Assembly: GCA_963643135.1 (NCBI GenBank)
Contig: CAVIJA010000002.1
Coordinates: forward strand, 23,311 to 87,310
Reading direction: 5' to 3'
DNA: 64,000 bases
Source of the DNA: Alloprevotella sp.
GTDB lineage: Bacteria > Bacteroidota > Bacteroidia > Bacteroidales > UBA932
A program made the position numbers and the translations under genes. How positions within the stretch are numbered: position 1 is the first letter of the stretch; each line of letters begins with the position of its first letter. The notes below the pieces were generated by a model, which saw only the letters and a program-made list of their open reading frames with translations, made no database searches and was not told the DNA's origin. Shown here in pieces: positions 9,706 through 20,759 of this stretch.

Positions 9706-10596
9706 TTATTGCAAATTTTCTATCCCGCGCGCCACTTTCTCCAGCAGCCATTTCGGGGTGGAGGTCGCCCCGCACACGCCCGCGCTTTCCGCCCCGGCGA
9801 ACCATTCCTTCCTCAGAGCGTCCGGAGAGATGAGGTGGTGGCTGCGGGGATTGACGCCTGCGCAAAGCTCGAAGAGAACCTTCCCGTTGGAGCTTTCCTT
9901 CCCGGAGACGAAAACCAGCACGTCGTGGCTGCGCGCGAATTCCGAAAGTTCACGATAGCGCGAGGCCACCTGCGAGCAGATGGTGTCGTGGACCGTAAGC
10001 GCCGCGCCGTCCCGCATAACGGAGGAAAGATATCCGCCGACAAGCGAGTACTCCGACGGACTCATAGTCGTCTGGGAAAACAGCACGATGTCTCTATTGA
10101 CCCTCACGCTCCCGTCAGCGACAAGCCCCCTGAGCTGTCCGAGGTTCTGAAACACGACCACGTCTCCCCCTACCTGCCCCACAAGTCCCAGCACCTCCGG
10201 ATGTCCGGTCTTGCCGAAAAGCAGTATCTGCCCGCCTGCTGTGCTGACCGAGGCGTAAGCCTCCCTGATCGCCTTCTGAAGCCTCAGCACCACAGGACAG
10301 GTGCAGTCGATCACTTCCAGGCCGGCCTGAGATGCAGCGCGATAGACTTCCGGCGGTTCGCCGTGGGCGCGTATCAGGATATGCTTCCCGGAGACATCCT
10401 CTCCGAGTTCCCCCAGAGAGCCTATGTCCACGAGTCCGAGGCCCCGCAGCCGCGAGAGTTCCTCCTCGTTGTGCACTATCGCGCCGAGCGACCACAGGGG
10501 TGCGCCCTTGTCCCTGAGATAGGCCTCGGCGGTGCCTATGGCCCGTATCACGCCTCCGCAGAAACCGGAATGCGGGTCAATCTCAACCCTGATCAT
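9706..10596 (-). CDS. ispH: 4-hydroxy-3-methylbut-2-enyl diphosphate reductase
   Basis: HSGFCGGVIRAI near the N-terminus, DCTCPVV and further conserved Cys. 296 aa. Confidence 0.92.
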   Translation of the reverse strand: MIRVEIDPHSGFCGGVIRAIGTAEAYLRDKGAPLWSLGAIVHNEEELSRLRGLGLVDIGSLGELGEDVSGKHILIRAHGEPPEVYRAASQAGLEVIDCTCPVVLRLQKAIREAYASVSTAGGQILLFGKTGHPEVLGLVGQVGGDVVVFQNLGQLRGLVADGSVRVNRDIVLFSQTTMSPSEYSLVGGYLSSVMRDGAALTVHDTICSQVASRYRELSEFARSHDVLVFVSGKESSNGKVLFELCAGVNPRSHHLISPDALRKEWFAGAESAGVCGATSTPKWLLEKVARGIENLQ

Positions 10597-11272
10597 AAAT
10601 CGTGAATCTCCCCCGGATCAGACCCTCTATCCATATGAGCTCCTCCTGCAGGGTCATCCGGGAGTTGTCTAGTTCGAAGGAATCGGCGGCCCTCCTCAAC
10701 GGAGAGACCTCCCGATGGGAATCTATGCGGTCCCTTTCCTGCAGATTGCGCAGAACCTCCTCATAATCGGGATTCTGGCCCTTGGACACGAGTTCGTCGA
10801 AGCGTCTGCGCGCCCTCACCTCCGGAGCGGCGGTCATGAATATCTTAAGCTGCGCATCAGGAAAGACCGTGGTCCCTATGTCTCTGCCGTCCATCACCAC
10901 CCTTCCGCCGGCGGCGAAAGCGTGCAGCTTCGCATCCACATATTCCCTGACATACGGGACGGCGGCTATGGGACTCACCTGGGAGGAGACCTTCATCGTG
11001 CGTATCTCCTTCTCTATGCAGCGTGAGCCGATGCCGGTCCCGTCCTCACCCAGACGCAGGTCCAGTCCGGGAAGCGCATCCCGCAGAGCGTCGGACACGA
11101 CATTGTCGTCCGTTATCAGGCCCTGCTCCTGCGCGAAGAGCGTGACTCCGCGGTACATAGCCCCGGAATCGAGATAGAGGAAGCCGAATCTGCCGGCGAT
11201 CAGCTTCGCGAAACTGCTCTTGCCTGTGGAGGAATATCCGTCCACGGCTATGATGATGTCAGGAATCGTCAT
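10583..11272 (-). CDS. cmk: cytidylate kinase
   Basis: The sequence [35 protein letters not shown] is the Cmk P-loop signature. Its stop overlaps ispH by 14 nt and its ATG overlaps the lptB stop. Confidence 0.92.
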   Translation of the reverse strand: MTIPDIIIAVDGYSSTGKSSFAKLIAGRFGFLYLDSGAMYRGVTLFAQEQGLITDDNVVSDALRDALPGLDLRLGEDGTGIGSRCIEKEIRTMKVSSQVSPIAAVPYVREYVDAKLHAFAAGGRVVMDGRDIGTTVFPDAQLKIFMTAAPEVRARRRFDELVSKGQNPDYEEVLRNLQERDRIDSHREVSPLRRAADSFELDNSRMTLQEELIWIEGLIRGRFTIYDQG

Positions 11273-12072
11273 TCTCCCGCGGCCTCCCCGCCGCTCTTTG
11301 CCGCGAGCGCGGCCTCGTGTTCGCTCTGGGCCCGCTGCACCGAGACGGAACGCTTGAGCACAAAGCCCGAACCGAGATATTTCGTCCTCACGTCCTCGTC
11401 GTCCGCAAGCTGCTGCGGAGTACCGACCTGAAGGATGGTCCCTTCGTAGAGGAGGTAGGCCCTGTCGGTGATGGCAAGAGTCTCGCCCACGTTGTGGTCG
11501 GTGATGATGACTCCGATATTGCGGTATTTCAGCTTGGCTATGATGTACTGGATATCCTCCACCGCAATAGGGTCCACTCCGGCGAAAGGTTCGTCAAGCA
11601 GTATGAACTTGGGGTCTATGGCCAGCGCACGCGCTATCTCGCAGCGCCGCCGTTCTCCTCCGGAGAGCTGGATTCCCAACGACTTGCGGACTTTGGAGAG
11701 ATTGAACTCGTCTATCAGAGCCTCCATCCTCTCCTTGCGCTCGGCCTTCGGAATCCCCTTCATCTCCATCACGGAGATTATATTGTCCTCGACCGACATC
11801 TTGCGGAAGACGGACGCATCCTGGGGCAGGTATCCGACCCCCTTCTGGGCCCGTTTGTACATCGGCAGCCCGGTGATGTCCTCGTCGTCCAGGAAGACAC
11901 GTCCCTCGTTGGGGACTATCTGTCCCGTGATCATATAGAAGCTGGTGGTCTTGCCGGCGCCGTTAGGCCCGAGAAATCCGACGATCTCCCCCTGACTGAC
12001 TTCCATGGACACACCCTTGACGACCGTTCTGAGGCCGTATTTCTTGACGAGATTTTCGCAACGCAGTTTCAT
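11269..12072 (-). CDS. lptB: LPS export ABC transporter ATP-binding protein LptB
   Basis: Walker [10 protein letters not shown], signature LSGGERRR and Walker B FILLDEP. The N-terminus L..ENL.K.Y..R.VV is typical of LptB. There is a short Ala/Glu-rich C-terminal extension. Confidence 0.88.
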   Translation of the reverse strand: MKLRCENLVKKYGLRTVVKGVSMEVSQGEIVGFLGPNGAGKTTSFYMITGQIVPNEGRVFLDDEDITGLPMYKRAQKGVGYLPQDASVFRKMSVEDNIISVMEMKGIPKAERKERMEALIDEFNLSKVRKSLGIQLSGGERRRCEIARALAIDPKFILLDEPFAGVDPIAVEDIQYIIAKLKYRNIGVIITDHNVGETLAITDRAYLLYEGTILQVGTPQQLADDEDVRTKYLGSGFVLKRSVSVQRAQSEHEAALAAKSGGEAAGE

Positions 12073-12109
12073 CTTGACGATTTACAATGTAATGATGAAA
12101 AATAAGGAA

Positions 12110-14023
12110 TCACTTTACATCCAGAGAGAGATCCGTGATGAGGTTTTTGACCTCCCCGTTGCGGGCCATCAGGTCCTCGGCCTTCTCAGACGGCATATAT
12201 TTCACATCCTCTTCGCGCTCTTCCGGCAGCACGGATACGGCCAGGCGGACCGCCTTGCTGCCCAGAAGCTTCCAGAAGCGCTCCTCGATACCTCTCAGGC
12301 GGCCGTTCTCTATCCAGCTCTTCTGGGCCTCGTTGGTCACGGAGAACTCCACCACCCTGCGTCCTTCTTCATCGGATATCACAAGGCTTGACTTGGAGAG
12401 GGCGCTTGAGAGACGTGGCTGTTCGGCGGCATATTCTTTCGGCAGCAGAGGCCATTTCTCCCGTATCTCTTCCTCCGTCGGCAGAGTGTCCTCCTCCTGC
12501 TTCGACTCCGGCTCGACCCGGGAGGGGGCTTCGTTCATCAGAGACGACAGGGACAAGTTGGCCCCCGACTTCACGGGACGGCGGCGCGGCGCGGCCTGCG
12601 CCGAGGCGGGGGCCGGCTGTTCCGCCACCCCTTGTTCTATTGCCACCTGTTCTGCCGGCTGCTCCGTTGTTGGCTGTCCGGCAGGCCGTTCCGTAGCCGG
12701 CTGCTTCGTTCCCGGCTGCTCATCCGGAGTCTTCTGCGCCGGACCGGAAGCCTCTTGAGACAGTGGCTGCGCCGGAGTCTTCGCGGCGGAAGGCGCAGGC
12801 GCAGCCTGAGACTGAACTACAGGCTGTGACGTGGTCTGTAACGGAGTTTGAGATGCAGGCTTAGACTGAGGCGCAGACTGTGCTGCAATCGGCTGTACTG
12901 CGGCCGTCTGTACTTCGGCGGCCTGAGGAGCGGCGCAGAGGAAGGCGAGCTTCATCAGCGCGAACTCTATATGCAGCCTCTGATTGGTCGAGGCGCGGTA
13001 TCCGGCCTCGCACTGGGTCGTGACGCCGAGCGCATCGTAGAGGAACTTCACGGAGCAGCGCTCACCCTGTTCCAGATATCGCCTGCGCAGCGAATCGGGC
13101 AGGTCGAGCAGGCTCTCCAGCCCTCCCGTACGGCTCACGAGCAGATCCCTCAGATGGGAACTCAGGGCCGCGATAAAATACTGGGCGTTGAATCCCTTGG
13201 AGAGCACCTCGTCGAATATCTTGAGCGCGCTGGCATAGTCTCCCGCCAGAAAAGCGTCCACAAGGCGGAAACTGTACTCGTAGTCAAGCACGTTGAGATT
13301 GTGCATCACATCCTCGGCACGGATGTCCGTGCCGCAGAAGGCCACAGTCTGGTCGAATATGGTCAGCGCGTCGCGCATCGCCCCGTCAGCCTTGTGGGCT
13401 ATGATATGCAGAGACTCGTCGTCGATGCTGATACCCTCCTTAGCGGAGATGTCGCGCAGATTGCGCACTATGTCCGGGACGCTGATGCGCTTGAAGTCGT
13501 AGGTCTGGCAGCGGCTGAGTATCGTCGGGATTATCTTGTGCTTCTCGGTGGTGGCGAGGATGAATATGGCGTGTGCGGGCGGCTCCTCAAGCGTCTTGAG
13601 GAAGGCGTTGAACGCGGCCTGGCTCAGCATATGCACCTCGTCGATGATATAGACCGAATAGCGTCCCACCTGCGGAGGTATCTGCACCTGGTCCATCAGG
13701 GACTTGATGTCCTCCACGCCGTTATTGGAGGCGGCATCCAGCTCGTGTATGCAGTAGGAACGCCCCTCCTGGAACGAACGGCAAGACTCGCACTCCCCGC
13801 AGGGTTCCATATCCGGACCCGGAGCGGCGCAGTTGATGGTCTTTGCGAAGATGCGCGCCGCCGTAGTCTTGCCGACCCCGCGCGGGCCGCAGAAAAGATA
13901 GGCGTGGGCCAACTGCCCCCTGCGTATGGAGTTCTTGAGAGTCCGGGCGATATTGTCCTGACCTATAAGGGACTCGAAACTGTCCGGGCGATACTTGCGG
14001 GCCGATACTATATAATCTGACAT
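12110..14023 (-). CDS. dnaX: DNA polymerase III subunit gamma/tau
   Basis: YRPDSFESLIGQ, GPRGVGKTT, a Zn module CGECESC, and DEVHML. There is a long P/Q/A/E-rich linker and a tau-like C-terminus. The track ORF starts at a TTG (14032); the ATG at 14023 (MSDYIVSARKYRP) is more likely. Confidence 0.92.
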   Translation of the reverse strand: MSDYIVSARKYRPDSFESLIGQDNIARTLKNSIRRGQLAHAYLFCGPRGVGKTTAARIFAKTINCAAPGPDMEPCGECESCRSFQEGRSYCIHELDAASNNGVEDIKSLMDQVQIPPQVGRYSVYIIDEVHMLSQAAFNAFLKTLEEPPAHAIFILATTEKHKIIPTILSRCQTYDFKRISVPDIVRNLRDISAKEGISIDDESLHIIAHKADGAMRDALTIFDQTVAFCGTDIRAEDVMHNLNVLDYEYSFRLVDAFLAGDYASALKIFDEVLSKGFNAQYFIAALSSHLRDLLVSRTGGLESLLDLPDSLRRRYLEQGERCSVKFLYDALGVTTQCEAGYRASTNQRLHIEFALMKLAFLCAAPQAAEVQTAAVQPIAAQSAPQSKPASQTPLQTTSQPVVQSQAAPAPSAAKTPAQPLSQEASGPAQKTPDEQPGTKQPATERPAGQPTTEQPAEQVAIEQGVAEQPAPASAQAAPRRRPVKSGANLSLSSLMNEAPSRVEPESKQEEDTLPTEEEIREKWPLLPKEYAAEQPRLSSALSKSSLVISDEEGRRVVEFSVTNEAQKSWIENGRLRGIEERFWKLLGSKAVRLAVSVLPEEREEDVKYMPSEKAEDLMARNGEVKNLITDLSLDVK

Positions 14024-14038
14024 AGAATGCAAATGTAA

Positions 14039-14671
14039 TTACATTTTTCTGATTATGGACAAACCGTCGCGCAGCGGCAGCATTACCACCTCCACCCTCG
14101 GATCGGCGGCGACGGCGTCGTTGAACTCCATCAGGGAGCGCGTCTGCGCATCGAGGGAAGGGACTTCCGCATATACCTTGCCGTCCCACAGCACGTCGTC
14201 GGCGACGATGAGTCCGCCTCTTCGAAGCAGCGGCAGCACGAGTTCGTAGTATTCGAGATACTGCCGCTTGTTGGCGTCGATAAACGCGAAGTCATACTCC
14301 CCGGAGAGACCGCGCAGGGTCTGCACCGCGTCCCCGATATGCAGGGTGATCCTGTCCGACACTCCGGCCCTCCTCCAGCCCTCGCGCATCAGGTCCTCGA
14401 GTTCGTCGTTGATTTCGAGCGCGTCGATATGCCCGCCCTCCGGCAGGCCGAGAGCCATACAGACGGCGGAATAACCGGTGAACGAACCTATCTCGACTAT
14501 CCTCCTCGCACCGCAGATCTCCACGAGCATCTTAAGCAGCTCCCCCTGCACGGGGCCGGAGAGCATCCGGGGATAATTGGTGCGGACGTTGGTCTGCTTC
14601 TCAATCCACAGCAGGGCCTCGGAAGGCAGGCTGCTGTGTTCACTTACGTAGCGGTTGAGCGATGACTTCAT
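14039..14671 (-). CDS. class I SAM-dependent O-methyltransferase (family 3, caffeoyl-CoA OMT-like)
   Basis: The sequence ...NYPRMLSGPVQGELLKMLVEICGARRIVEIGSFTGYS...FAFIDANKRQY... shows the SAM-binding motifs of the YrrM/OMT-3 family. The ATG at 14671 is preferred over 14719 because it gives a smaller overlap with the upstream gene. Confidence 0.8.
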   Translation of the reverse strand: MKSSLNRYVSEHSSLPSEALLWIEKQTNVRTNYPRMLSGPVQGELLKMLVEICGARRIVEIGSFTGYSAVCMALGLPEGGHIDALEINDELEDLMREGWRRAGVSDRITLHIGDAVQTLRGLSGEYDFAFIDANKRQYLEYYELVLPLLRRGGLIVADDVLWDGKVYAEVPSLDAQTRSLMEFNDAVAADPRVEVVMLPLRDGLSIIRKM

Positions 14672-15443
14672 TTCTCTTGTTGAATTGTCGTATCTCCTTC
14701 TCCGTGAATTCAGTATCATTCGAGCCGCGATATTTGCGACCGCTGTAGTAGTAGAGTTCGTGGCTGTCGGCCGAAATCAGCATCTTGTAGCAGCGGCTTC
14801 CCGACGAGATGACGGTGGGGGCGACGGTGACGCCCAGCAGAGCGTCCTTCCCGCCGGCGAGATATAGGGAATCGACGGCATCAGCGTCATTGACATATAT
14901 GCTCTTGCCCTTGAATTTACGCGAATTGTACCACTTCAGCCCGGAATATGCCGCCTGGTCGGACACCATCGCGTCCTCCACGAATGCCTGCATAATGTCG
15001 ATGAACGCCCCCATAAACATCAACTCCTTGCCGCTGGGGTCTCCGACGCTCGCAATAGGGATGCGCACTACTTCGAAGGGCTTACGGAGATTGTCCTCAT
15101 CGTCCTCGCGCCCGCCTTTCGAAAGGATGAGGAAGGCCACCCCCTTGTCGGAGGCTATCTCGAGAAAGTAGTATGCGTTGTCGCTCTTCAGGGCCTCATA
15201 TTCCTCCGGAGAGCAGAACTCGTAGGGAGAAATCCTCCACCGCGTGGTAATCTCCTCCCGGAAAGTGAGTCCGAGGAAGGACGATCCTCCGATGACGACC
15301 TTGGTGGTGCGGGTGGGGAAATCCTCCAGACGGGCCTTACGGGTGTACAGGCGGCCCTGGGCGGAGGAATCCGGACACGCCGCGCAAAGCAGCAGGAAGA
15401 GAGCCGCAAGGGTCGGGAGGAATGTTTTGAGTTTCAACACCAT
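14640..15443 (-). CDS. exported/lipoprotein-like hypothetical protein (267 aa)
   Basis: The signal peptide ends in LLLCAAC. Composition is normal and the gene is co-directional and tightly packed between the EBP and the methyltransferase. I recognised no motif. Confidence 0.65.
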   Translation of the reverse strand: MVLKLKTFLPTLAALFLLLCAACPDSSAQGRLYTRKARLEDFPTRTTKVVIGGSSFLGLTFREEITTRWRISPYEFCSPEEYEALKSDNAYYFLEIASDKGVAFLILSKGGREDDEDNLRKPFEVVRIPIASVGDPSGKELMFMGAFIDIMQAFVEDAMVSDQAAYSGLKWYNSRKFKGKSIYVNDADAVDSLYLAGGKDALLGVTVAPTVISSGSRCYKMLISADSHELYYYSGRKYRGSNDTEFTEKEIRQFNKRNEVIAQPLRK

Positions 15444-15453
15444 ACAAGGGAGG

Positions 15454-16599
15454 CTACAGATTTACGAAATCTCGGACATTCTGTGCGGACACGACCTCGT
15501 CCCCGAGGATCAGCAGACGGTCCACCACGTTGTCGAGTTCGCGGATGTTGCCCGGCCAGCTCTTGCCGCACAGCAGTTCCACGGCCTCCGGAGAGAAGCT
15601 CCGGGTCCTGCCACCGTCAGTGTATTTCTCCAGAAAGTGATTTATGAGCATCGGGATGTCGTCCCGCCTCTCGTCCAGCGAAGGCACCCTGATCAGAATC
15701 ACGCTGAGCCTGTGGTAGAGGTCTTCGCGGAAATTGCCGGCGGCAATCTCTTTCTGAAGGTCCTTGTTGGTCGCGGCTATCACCCTGACGTTCACCTCGA
15801 TATCCTTGTCGGAACCCACGCGGGAGAGCTTGCGCTCCTGAAGCACGCGCAGAACCTTGGCCTGCGCCGCAAGGCTCATATCCCCTATCTCGTCGAGAAA
15901 GAGGGTGCCGCCGTCCGCCTGTTCGAACTTCCCCTTGTGCTGCTTGATGGCCGAAGTGAAAGACCCCTTCTCGTGTCCGAAAAGTTCGCTCTCGATGAGT
16001 TCCCCCGGGATCGCCGCACAGTTCACCTCCACGAAAGGCATCGCGCTGCGGGTGCTGCGCTGGTGAAGGTTGCGGGCCACAAGCTCCTTGCCGGAGCCGT
16101 TGGGTCCCGTAATCAGCACCCTCGCATCGGTAGGGGCGACCTTGTCTATCATCTCCCGTATGCGCCTCATCGGCTCGGACTCGCCTATCATATCCGCGCC
16201 ATAGACCTTCTTTTTAAGGACCTTGTTCTGGGAGGCGAGAGTCTGGCGCTCGGTGGCATTCTTGATCGTAATCAGCACACGGTTGAGATCCAGAGGCTTC
16301 TGCACGAAGTCAAAGGCCCCCTTCTTAATGCACTCCACGGCGGTGTCGATGTCCCCGTGGCCCGAAATCATCACCACGGCCGCATCGACCCCCATTCCCA
16401 TCAGTTTGTCCAGCACCTCGATACCGTCCATATTCGGCATCTTGATGTCGCAGAATATCACGTCGTATTTTTCCTTCTCGACGCTGCTCAGCGCGGCGGC
16501 ACCGTCCTCGGCGGTGTCCACCTCGTAACCCTCGTCGGTGAGAATCTCGCCAAGGGAGTTGCGTATCGCCCTTTCATCATCTACTATCAGAACCTTCAT
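15454..16599 (-). CDS. sigma-54-dependent response regulator (receiver plus AAA+), lacking a C-terminal HTH
   Basis: Receiver domain: MKVLIVDDE...DVIFCDIKMPNMDG. AAA+ domain: Walker A GPNGSGKE, sigma-54 contact loop GHEKGSFTSA, Walker B LFLDEIGD, and WPGNIRELDN. The protein ends about 18 aa after the AAA+ lid, at 381 aa. Confidence 0.9.
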   Translation of the reverse strand: MKVLIVDDERAIRNSLGEILTDEGYEVDTAEDGAAALSSVEKEKYDVIFCDIKMPNMDGIEVLDKLMGMGVDAAVVMISGHGDIDTAVECIKKGAFDFVQKPLDLNRVLITIKNATERQTLASQNKVLKKKVYGADMIGESEPMRRIREMIDKVAPTDARVLITGPNGSGKELVARNLHQRSTRSAMPFVEVNCAAIPGELIESELFGHEKGSFTSAIKQHKGKFEQADGGTLFLDEIGDMSLAAQAKVLRVLQERKLSRVGSDKDIEVNVRVIAATNKDLQKEIAAGNFREDLYHRLSVILIRVPSLDERRDDIPMLINHFLEKYTDGGRTRSFSPEAVELLCGKSWPGNIRELDNVVDRLLILGDEVVSAQNVRDFVNL

Positions 16600-16624
16600 A
16601 ACCTCAATGGTTTATATATGTCCG

Positions 16625-18775
16625 TCAACCTATTTCCGCCCCGTTCACGAGGCTCTCCTGCGGCGTGATGAAGCGCATCTTGCCGTCATTCTGCCTTGCC
16701 ATCAGTATCATTCCCCGGCTCTCTATCCCCTTGATTACGCGAGGCTTGAGATTGGCAAGTATGCAAATCTGCCTGCCCAGCATATCCTCCGGGGAGTAGA
16801 ATTCCGCTATGCCTGAGACTATCACGCGACGGTCGATGCCGGTGTCTATGGTCAGCTTGAGGAGCTTGTCGGTCTTCGGCACTCTCTCGGCTTCAAGCAC
16901 CGTGGCGGTGCGGATATCCATTCTGCCGAAATCCTCGAAAGTACATTCCTCCTTCTGCGGGGTGACACTCTTCGCCGCCTCGGCCTTCGCTTCGGCCTCC
17001 TTCTCCTTGCGTATCTTCTCGAGCCGTGAGAGCTGCTCGGCGATAGGCTCGTCGTCTATCTTGGCGAAGAGCAGTTCGGCCTCGGCGATGCGATGTCCCG
17101 CAGGAAGTATCTGCGGACGGCCCATAACGGCCCAGTCGAGCCTGAGGGAACCGTCCTGCACCGCCTCCGCAGTGCAGAAACGGGTATGGAGAGCCGCCCC
17201 GTCCCTCTCCGGACGATGGTCCGTGCCGGCGTCGAGACTCACTCCCAGCATCCTGCGCAGTCTCTCCGCGGCGAACGGTGTGAAAGGCTCGAAGGCCAGG
17301 GCGAGGTCGGCGCATATCTGAAGGGAGATGTTAAGTATGGTCGCCGTGCGGTCGAGATCCGTCTTCGCCACCTTCCAAGGCTCGGTGTCGGAGATGTACT
17401 TGTTGCCCAGACGGGCTATCGACATAGCATCCTTGAGGGCCTCACGGAAGCGGTATTCCTCCATATTCTTCTCGATGGAAGCCTTCAGGGCAGGAATCTG
17501 CGAGAGAGCCTCCTTGTCGATATCCAGCAGAGAGCCGCAGGCTGGCACCTTGCCGCCGAAATACTTGTGCGTCAGAACGACGGCGCGGTTGACGAAGTTG
17601 CCGAAGACGGCCACAAGTTCGCTGTTGTTGCGCTGCTGGAAATCTTTCCAGCTGAAGTCGTTGTCCTTGGTCTCCGGAGCGTTGGCGGTCAGCACGTAGC
17701 GCAGCACGTCCTCCTTGCCCGGGAAGTCCCTGAGATATTCGTGCGCCCAAACGGCCCAGTTGCGGGAAGTGGAAATCTTGTCCCCTTCGAGATTGAGGAA
17801 TTCGTTGGCCGGCACGTTCTCCGGAAGGACGTAGCCGTCTCCGTATGCCTTGAGCATCGACGGGAAGACTATGCAGTGGAAGACTATGTTGTCCTTGCCG
17901 ATGAAGTGCACGAGCTTCGTGTCGGGCGATTTCCACCACTGCTCCCAACTGTCCGGAAGGAGTTCCTGCGTATTGGAAATATAGCCTATCGGAGCGTCGA
18001 ACCATACATAAAGCACCTTGCCTTCAGCCCCTTCCACCGGCACAGGCACGCCCCAGTCGAGGTCGCGCGTGACGGCCCGCGGCTGAAGCCCTCCGTCCAG
18101 CCAGCTCTTGACCTGGCCGTAGACGTTGCTGCGCCACTCCTTGTGGCCGTCAAGTATCCATTCGCGGAGCCACTGCTCGTAGTCCTGCAGCGGAAGATAC
18201 CAGTGTGTGGTCTTCTTCTTTATCGGAACGGCGCCGCTGAGCTTGCTCTTCGGGTTCAGCAGTTCCTCGGGGCTGAGAGTGCAGCCGCACTTCTCGCACT
18301 GGTCGCCGTAGGCTCCCTCGGCCCCGCATTTAGGGCAGGTGCCGACGATGTAGCGGTCTGCTAGAAAGGTCTTCGCCTCCGGATCGTAGTACTGTTCGCT
18401 CTCACGGGTGATGAACTTGCCTTCGTCGTAGAGTTTGCGGAAAAATTCGGACGCGTTCTTCTCGTGTACCGCGGAAGTGGTGCGGCCATAGACGTCGAAG
18501 TTGATGCCGAATCCCGCGAAAGAGTCGCGTATGATCGTATGATATTTGTCCACGATGTCCTGCGGCGAGCATCCCTGCTGCTTCGCCTTGATGGTGATAG
18601 GGACTCCGTGTTCATCGGAGCCGCAGACGTACAGCACGTCCTCCCCCTTCATCCTGAGGTATCTGACATAGATGTCGGCAGGTACGTACACACCGGCAAG
18701 ATGTCCTATGTGCACCGGGCCGTTGGCATACGGCAGGGCACAGGTGACGAGTGTTCTCTTGAAATTCTTTTCCAT
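16625..18775 (-). CDS. metG: methionine--tRNA ligase with a C-terminal tRNA-binding (Trbp111-like) domain
   Basis: [16 protein letters not shown] (HIGH), Zn knuckle CPKCG...CEKCG, KISTSR (KMSKS-like). The C-terminus reads [22 protein letters not shown]. Confidence 0.95.
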   Translation of the reverse strand: MEKNFKRTLVTCALPYANGPVHIGHLAGVYVPADIYVRYLRMKGEDVLYVCGSDEHGVPITIKAKQQGCSPQDIVDKYHTIIRDSFAGFGINFDVYGRTTSAVHEKNASEFFRKLYDEGKFITRESEQYYDPEAKTFLADRYIVGTCPKCGAEGAYGDQCEKCGCTLSPEELLNPKSKLSGAVPIKKKTTHWYLPLQDYEQWLREWILDGHKEWRSNVYGQVKSWLDGGLQPRAVTRDLDWGVPVPVEGAEGKVLYVWFDAPIGYISNTQELLPDSWEQWWKSPDTKLVHFIGKDNIVFHCIVFPSMLKAYGDGYVLPENVPANEFLNLEGDKISTSRNWAVWAHEYLRDFPGKEDVLRYVLTANAPETKDNDFSWKDFQQRNNSELVAVFGNFVNRAVVLTHKYFGGKVPACGSLLDIDKEALSQIPALKASIEKNMEEYRFREALKDAMSIARLGNKYISDTEPWKVAKTDLDRTATILNISLQICADLALAFEPFTPFAAERLRRMLGVSLDAGTDHRPERDGAALHTRFCTAEAVQDGSLRLDWAVMGRPQILPAGHRIAEAELLFAKIDDEPIAEQLSRLEKIRKEKEAEAKAEAAKSVTPQKEECTFEDFGRMDIRTATVLEAERVPKTDKLLKLTIDTGIDRRVIVSGIAEFYSPEDMLGRQICILANLKPRVIKGIESRGMILMARQNDGKMRFITPQESLVNGAEIG

Positions 18776-18788
18776 ATGAAGTATAAAT

Positions 18789-20759
18789 CTATTTTTCTCT
18801 TCCCATTTTCCTTTTTATCTGTTTCTGGGCGTCCCTATATTTCTTCATCTCCTCCATTATCGCGGGCTGGTCGGCCTCGGACGCATCATTGAGCTCCCGG
18901 ATGAGACGGTTGACCCTGTCCTGCAGCCGGCGCTCGGCATAGAACATTATCGTCTTCGGGAGCTGGGCCACCAGCCACGAGGAGACCGTGGTCATCGCAT
19001 CTTTCAACGCGCTGACGGACAGGGAATACTTCTCCGTCGAGAGCGCCGCCGCGACCGAGGCCGTCCTGCGGTCCCGGGAGTCGAGCAGGGCCTTCACTAT
19101 GCTCTCCTGCGGGAGACCCTTGTCGTAGAGTGCGACGTAGGCGTCGTACACTCCGGCGTAGGCCGTATTTGCCATTTTCGTGCCGTCACTCTCAAGAGCG
19201 TCCCTGATAAAGTCACAGACTGTCGGCTTATGGTCCTCGTCGCCGCAGTAATATTCCGAATCGCTCTCGAAATCGAGTTCGTCGCAGCCGTGGGTGAGCA
19301 GAAAATACAGCAGATCCCGCTCCGCCGCGGCAAGGGTGCGGTTCTCAGCGGCCCATGCCTGCTGCGGAGAGCCTCCCTCTGTCTCCCGCTCCGCGGGCGA
19401 AGTCTCGACGGAGGCCGCCCGGCGCTCTTCGCGGGCTATTTCGCGGCTCTGCCCTTCCTTCATCTTCTGCCTCGTGACAAGGATGCGGTCGAAGAGTATC
19501 GAAGCCTCTATTCCGAACCTGTCGGCCGTCGCGCTGACGTAGGTGGAGCGCTTCACAGCATCGGGAATCGCGGCTATCGTGTCGGCGATGTCGTTGATGA
19601 GGTTAGCTTTCTTAAGCGGGTCTCCGCCCGCCTCCTGAAGCAGAAGATCCGTCTTGAACGAGATGAAGTCCTTGGCGTTGTCCCGGATGAAGTTCTGAAC
19701 CTCCTCGAGAGTGTGTTTGCGGCAATACGAGTCGGGATCGTCCCCGTCGGGCAGCAGCACCACGCGCACGTTCATCCCTTCGGAGAGCACCATAGTGATG
19801 CCGCGCAGGGCGGCGTGGATGCCGGCGGAATCCCCGTCGTACATTATCGTGACGTTCTCCGTGAACTTCCGTATCAGCCGTATCTGCTCCACGGTAAGCG
19901 AAGTGCCGCAGGAGGCAACCGTGTTGCGTATGCCTAGCTGGTGCATCATCACCATATCCACGTTGCCCTCCACGAGGGTGCAGCTGTCGAGCCGGGATAT
20001 CTCGGACTTCGCGAAGAAGATGCCGAGCAGGTTGCGGCTCTTGACGTAGATTTCGGTCTCGGGAGAATTGACGTATTTGGCCGGATTGTCCGAGCGCAGG
20101 GTGCGTCCGCTGTAGGCGATCACACGCCCGCTGACGGAGTGTATCGGGAACATCACCCTCTCGCGGAACTTGTCCACGACACTGCCGTCATCGTGCTGTA
20201 CCGCAAGCCCCGCGGCAAGCAGATATTCGGTCTTGTAGCCGGCGGCGAGAGCGGCATCCACGAGGGAAGTGCGGCCGGAAGGGGCCCAGCCGAGGCCGAA
20301 TCTGGCGACGGTCCCGTCTTCGAGCCCCCTCGTGCGGAAATATGCCCTGGCCACGCTGCGGCCCTCCTCGGTGTCAAGCTGCGCGACGAAGAACTTCTGT
20401 GCGAACTCCGACACCAGAAGCAGGCTTTCGCTGCGCTGCCGTCGGGCGATATCCTCCGCGCTCTCCTCCTCTTCCCGTATCTCGATATGATATTTCCGCG
20501 CCAGATACCGCAGGGCCTCGGCATAGGAGCAGTGCTCCTCCTCCATCACGAAGCCCACGGCGGAGCCGGACTTGCCGCAGCCGAAGCACTTGTAGATACC
20601 CTTCGAGGGCGACACATAGAAAGACGGAGTCTTCTCGTTGTGGAAAGGGCAGCAGGCCACATAACTGGCCCCGCGGCGCTTGAGCGTCACGTAATCCCCG
20701 ACGACCTCCTCTATCCTGGCGCTGTCGAGAATCAGACTGACTGTCTCCTGCGGTATCAC
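18789..20759 (-). CDS. dnaG: DNA primase
   Basis: Zn-ribbon [27 protein letters not shown] and TOPRIM EGNVDMV...YDGDSAG. GTG start, in a GTGA overlap with the recQ stop. Confidence 0.93.
   Translation of the reverse strand: MIPQETVSLILDSARIEEVVGDYVTLKRRGASYVACCPFHNEKTPSFYVSPSKGIYKCFGCGKSGSAVGFVMEEEHCSYAEALRYLARKYHIEIREEEESAEDIARRQRSESLLLVSEFAQKFFVAQLDTEEGRSVARAYFRTRGLEDGTVARFGLGWAPSGRTSLVDAALAAGYKTEYLLAAGLAVQHDDGSVVDKFRERVMFPIHSVSGRVIAYSGRTLRSDNPAKYVNSPETEIYVKSRNLLGIFFAKSEISRLDSCTLVEGNVDMVMMHQLGIRNTVASCGTSLTVEQIRLIRKFTENVTIMYDGDSAGIHAALRGITMVLSEGMNVRVVLLPDGDDPDSYCRKHTLEEVQNFIRDNAKDFISFKTDLLLQEAGGDPLKKANLINDIADTIAAIPDAVKRSTYVSATADRFGIEASILFDRILVTRQKMKEGQSREIAREERRAASVETSPAERETEGGSPQQAWAAENRTLAAAERDLLYFLLTHGCDELDFESDSEYYCGDEDHKPTVCDFIRDALESDGTKMANTAYAGVYDAYVALYDKGLPQESIVKALLDSRDRRTASVAAALSTEKYSLSVSALKDAMTTVSSWLVAQLPKTIMFYAERRLQDRVNRLIRELNDASEADQPAIMEEMKKYRDAQKQIKRKMGREK

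Noticed and set aside
12550-12950. Short tandem-looking repeats (CCGGCTGCTC-like) in dnaX, the GAT/GAC/GAG tract at 24300-24420, and similar tracts
   Set aside because: They are in frame within coding sequence and translate to low-complexity linkers or tails. They are not spacer-repeat arrays or satellite DNA.
12110-14023. Programmed -1 frameshift site in dnaX (gamma/tau), as in E. coli
   Set aside because: I could not find an A-AAA-AAG-type slippery heptamer in the coding strand, and the low-complexity P/Q/A/E region is an ordinary linker.
17543-17556. Sigma-54 -24/-12 promoter candidates, including CTGGCACCTTGCC here, TGGCAC hits at 25345, 48125 and 51908, and a minus-strand TTGGCACGCCGCTTCGG near 32985
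   Set aside because: All lie inside coding regions, and the spacing or the -12 element does not fit TGGCAC-N5-TTGC. No intergenic spacer in the window contains a convincing match.
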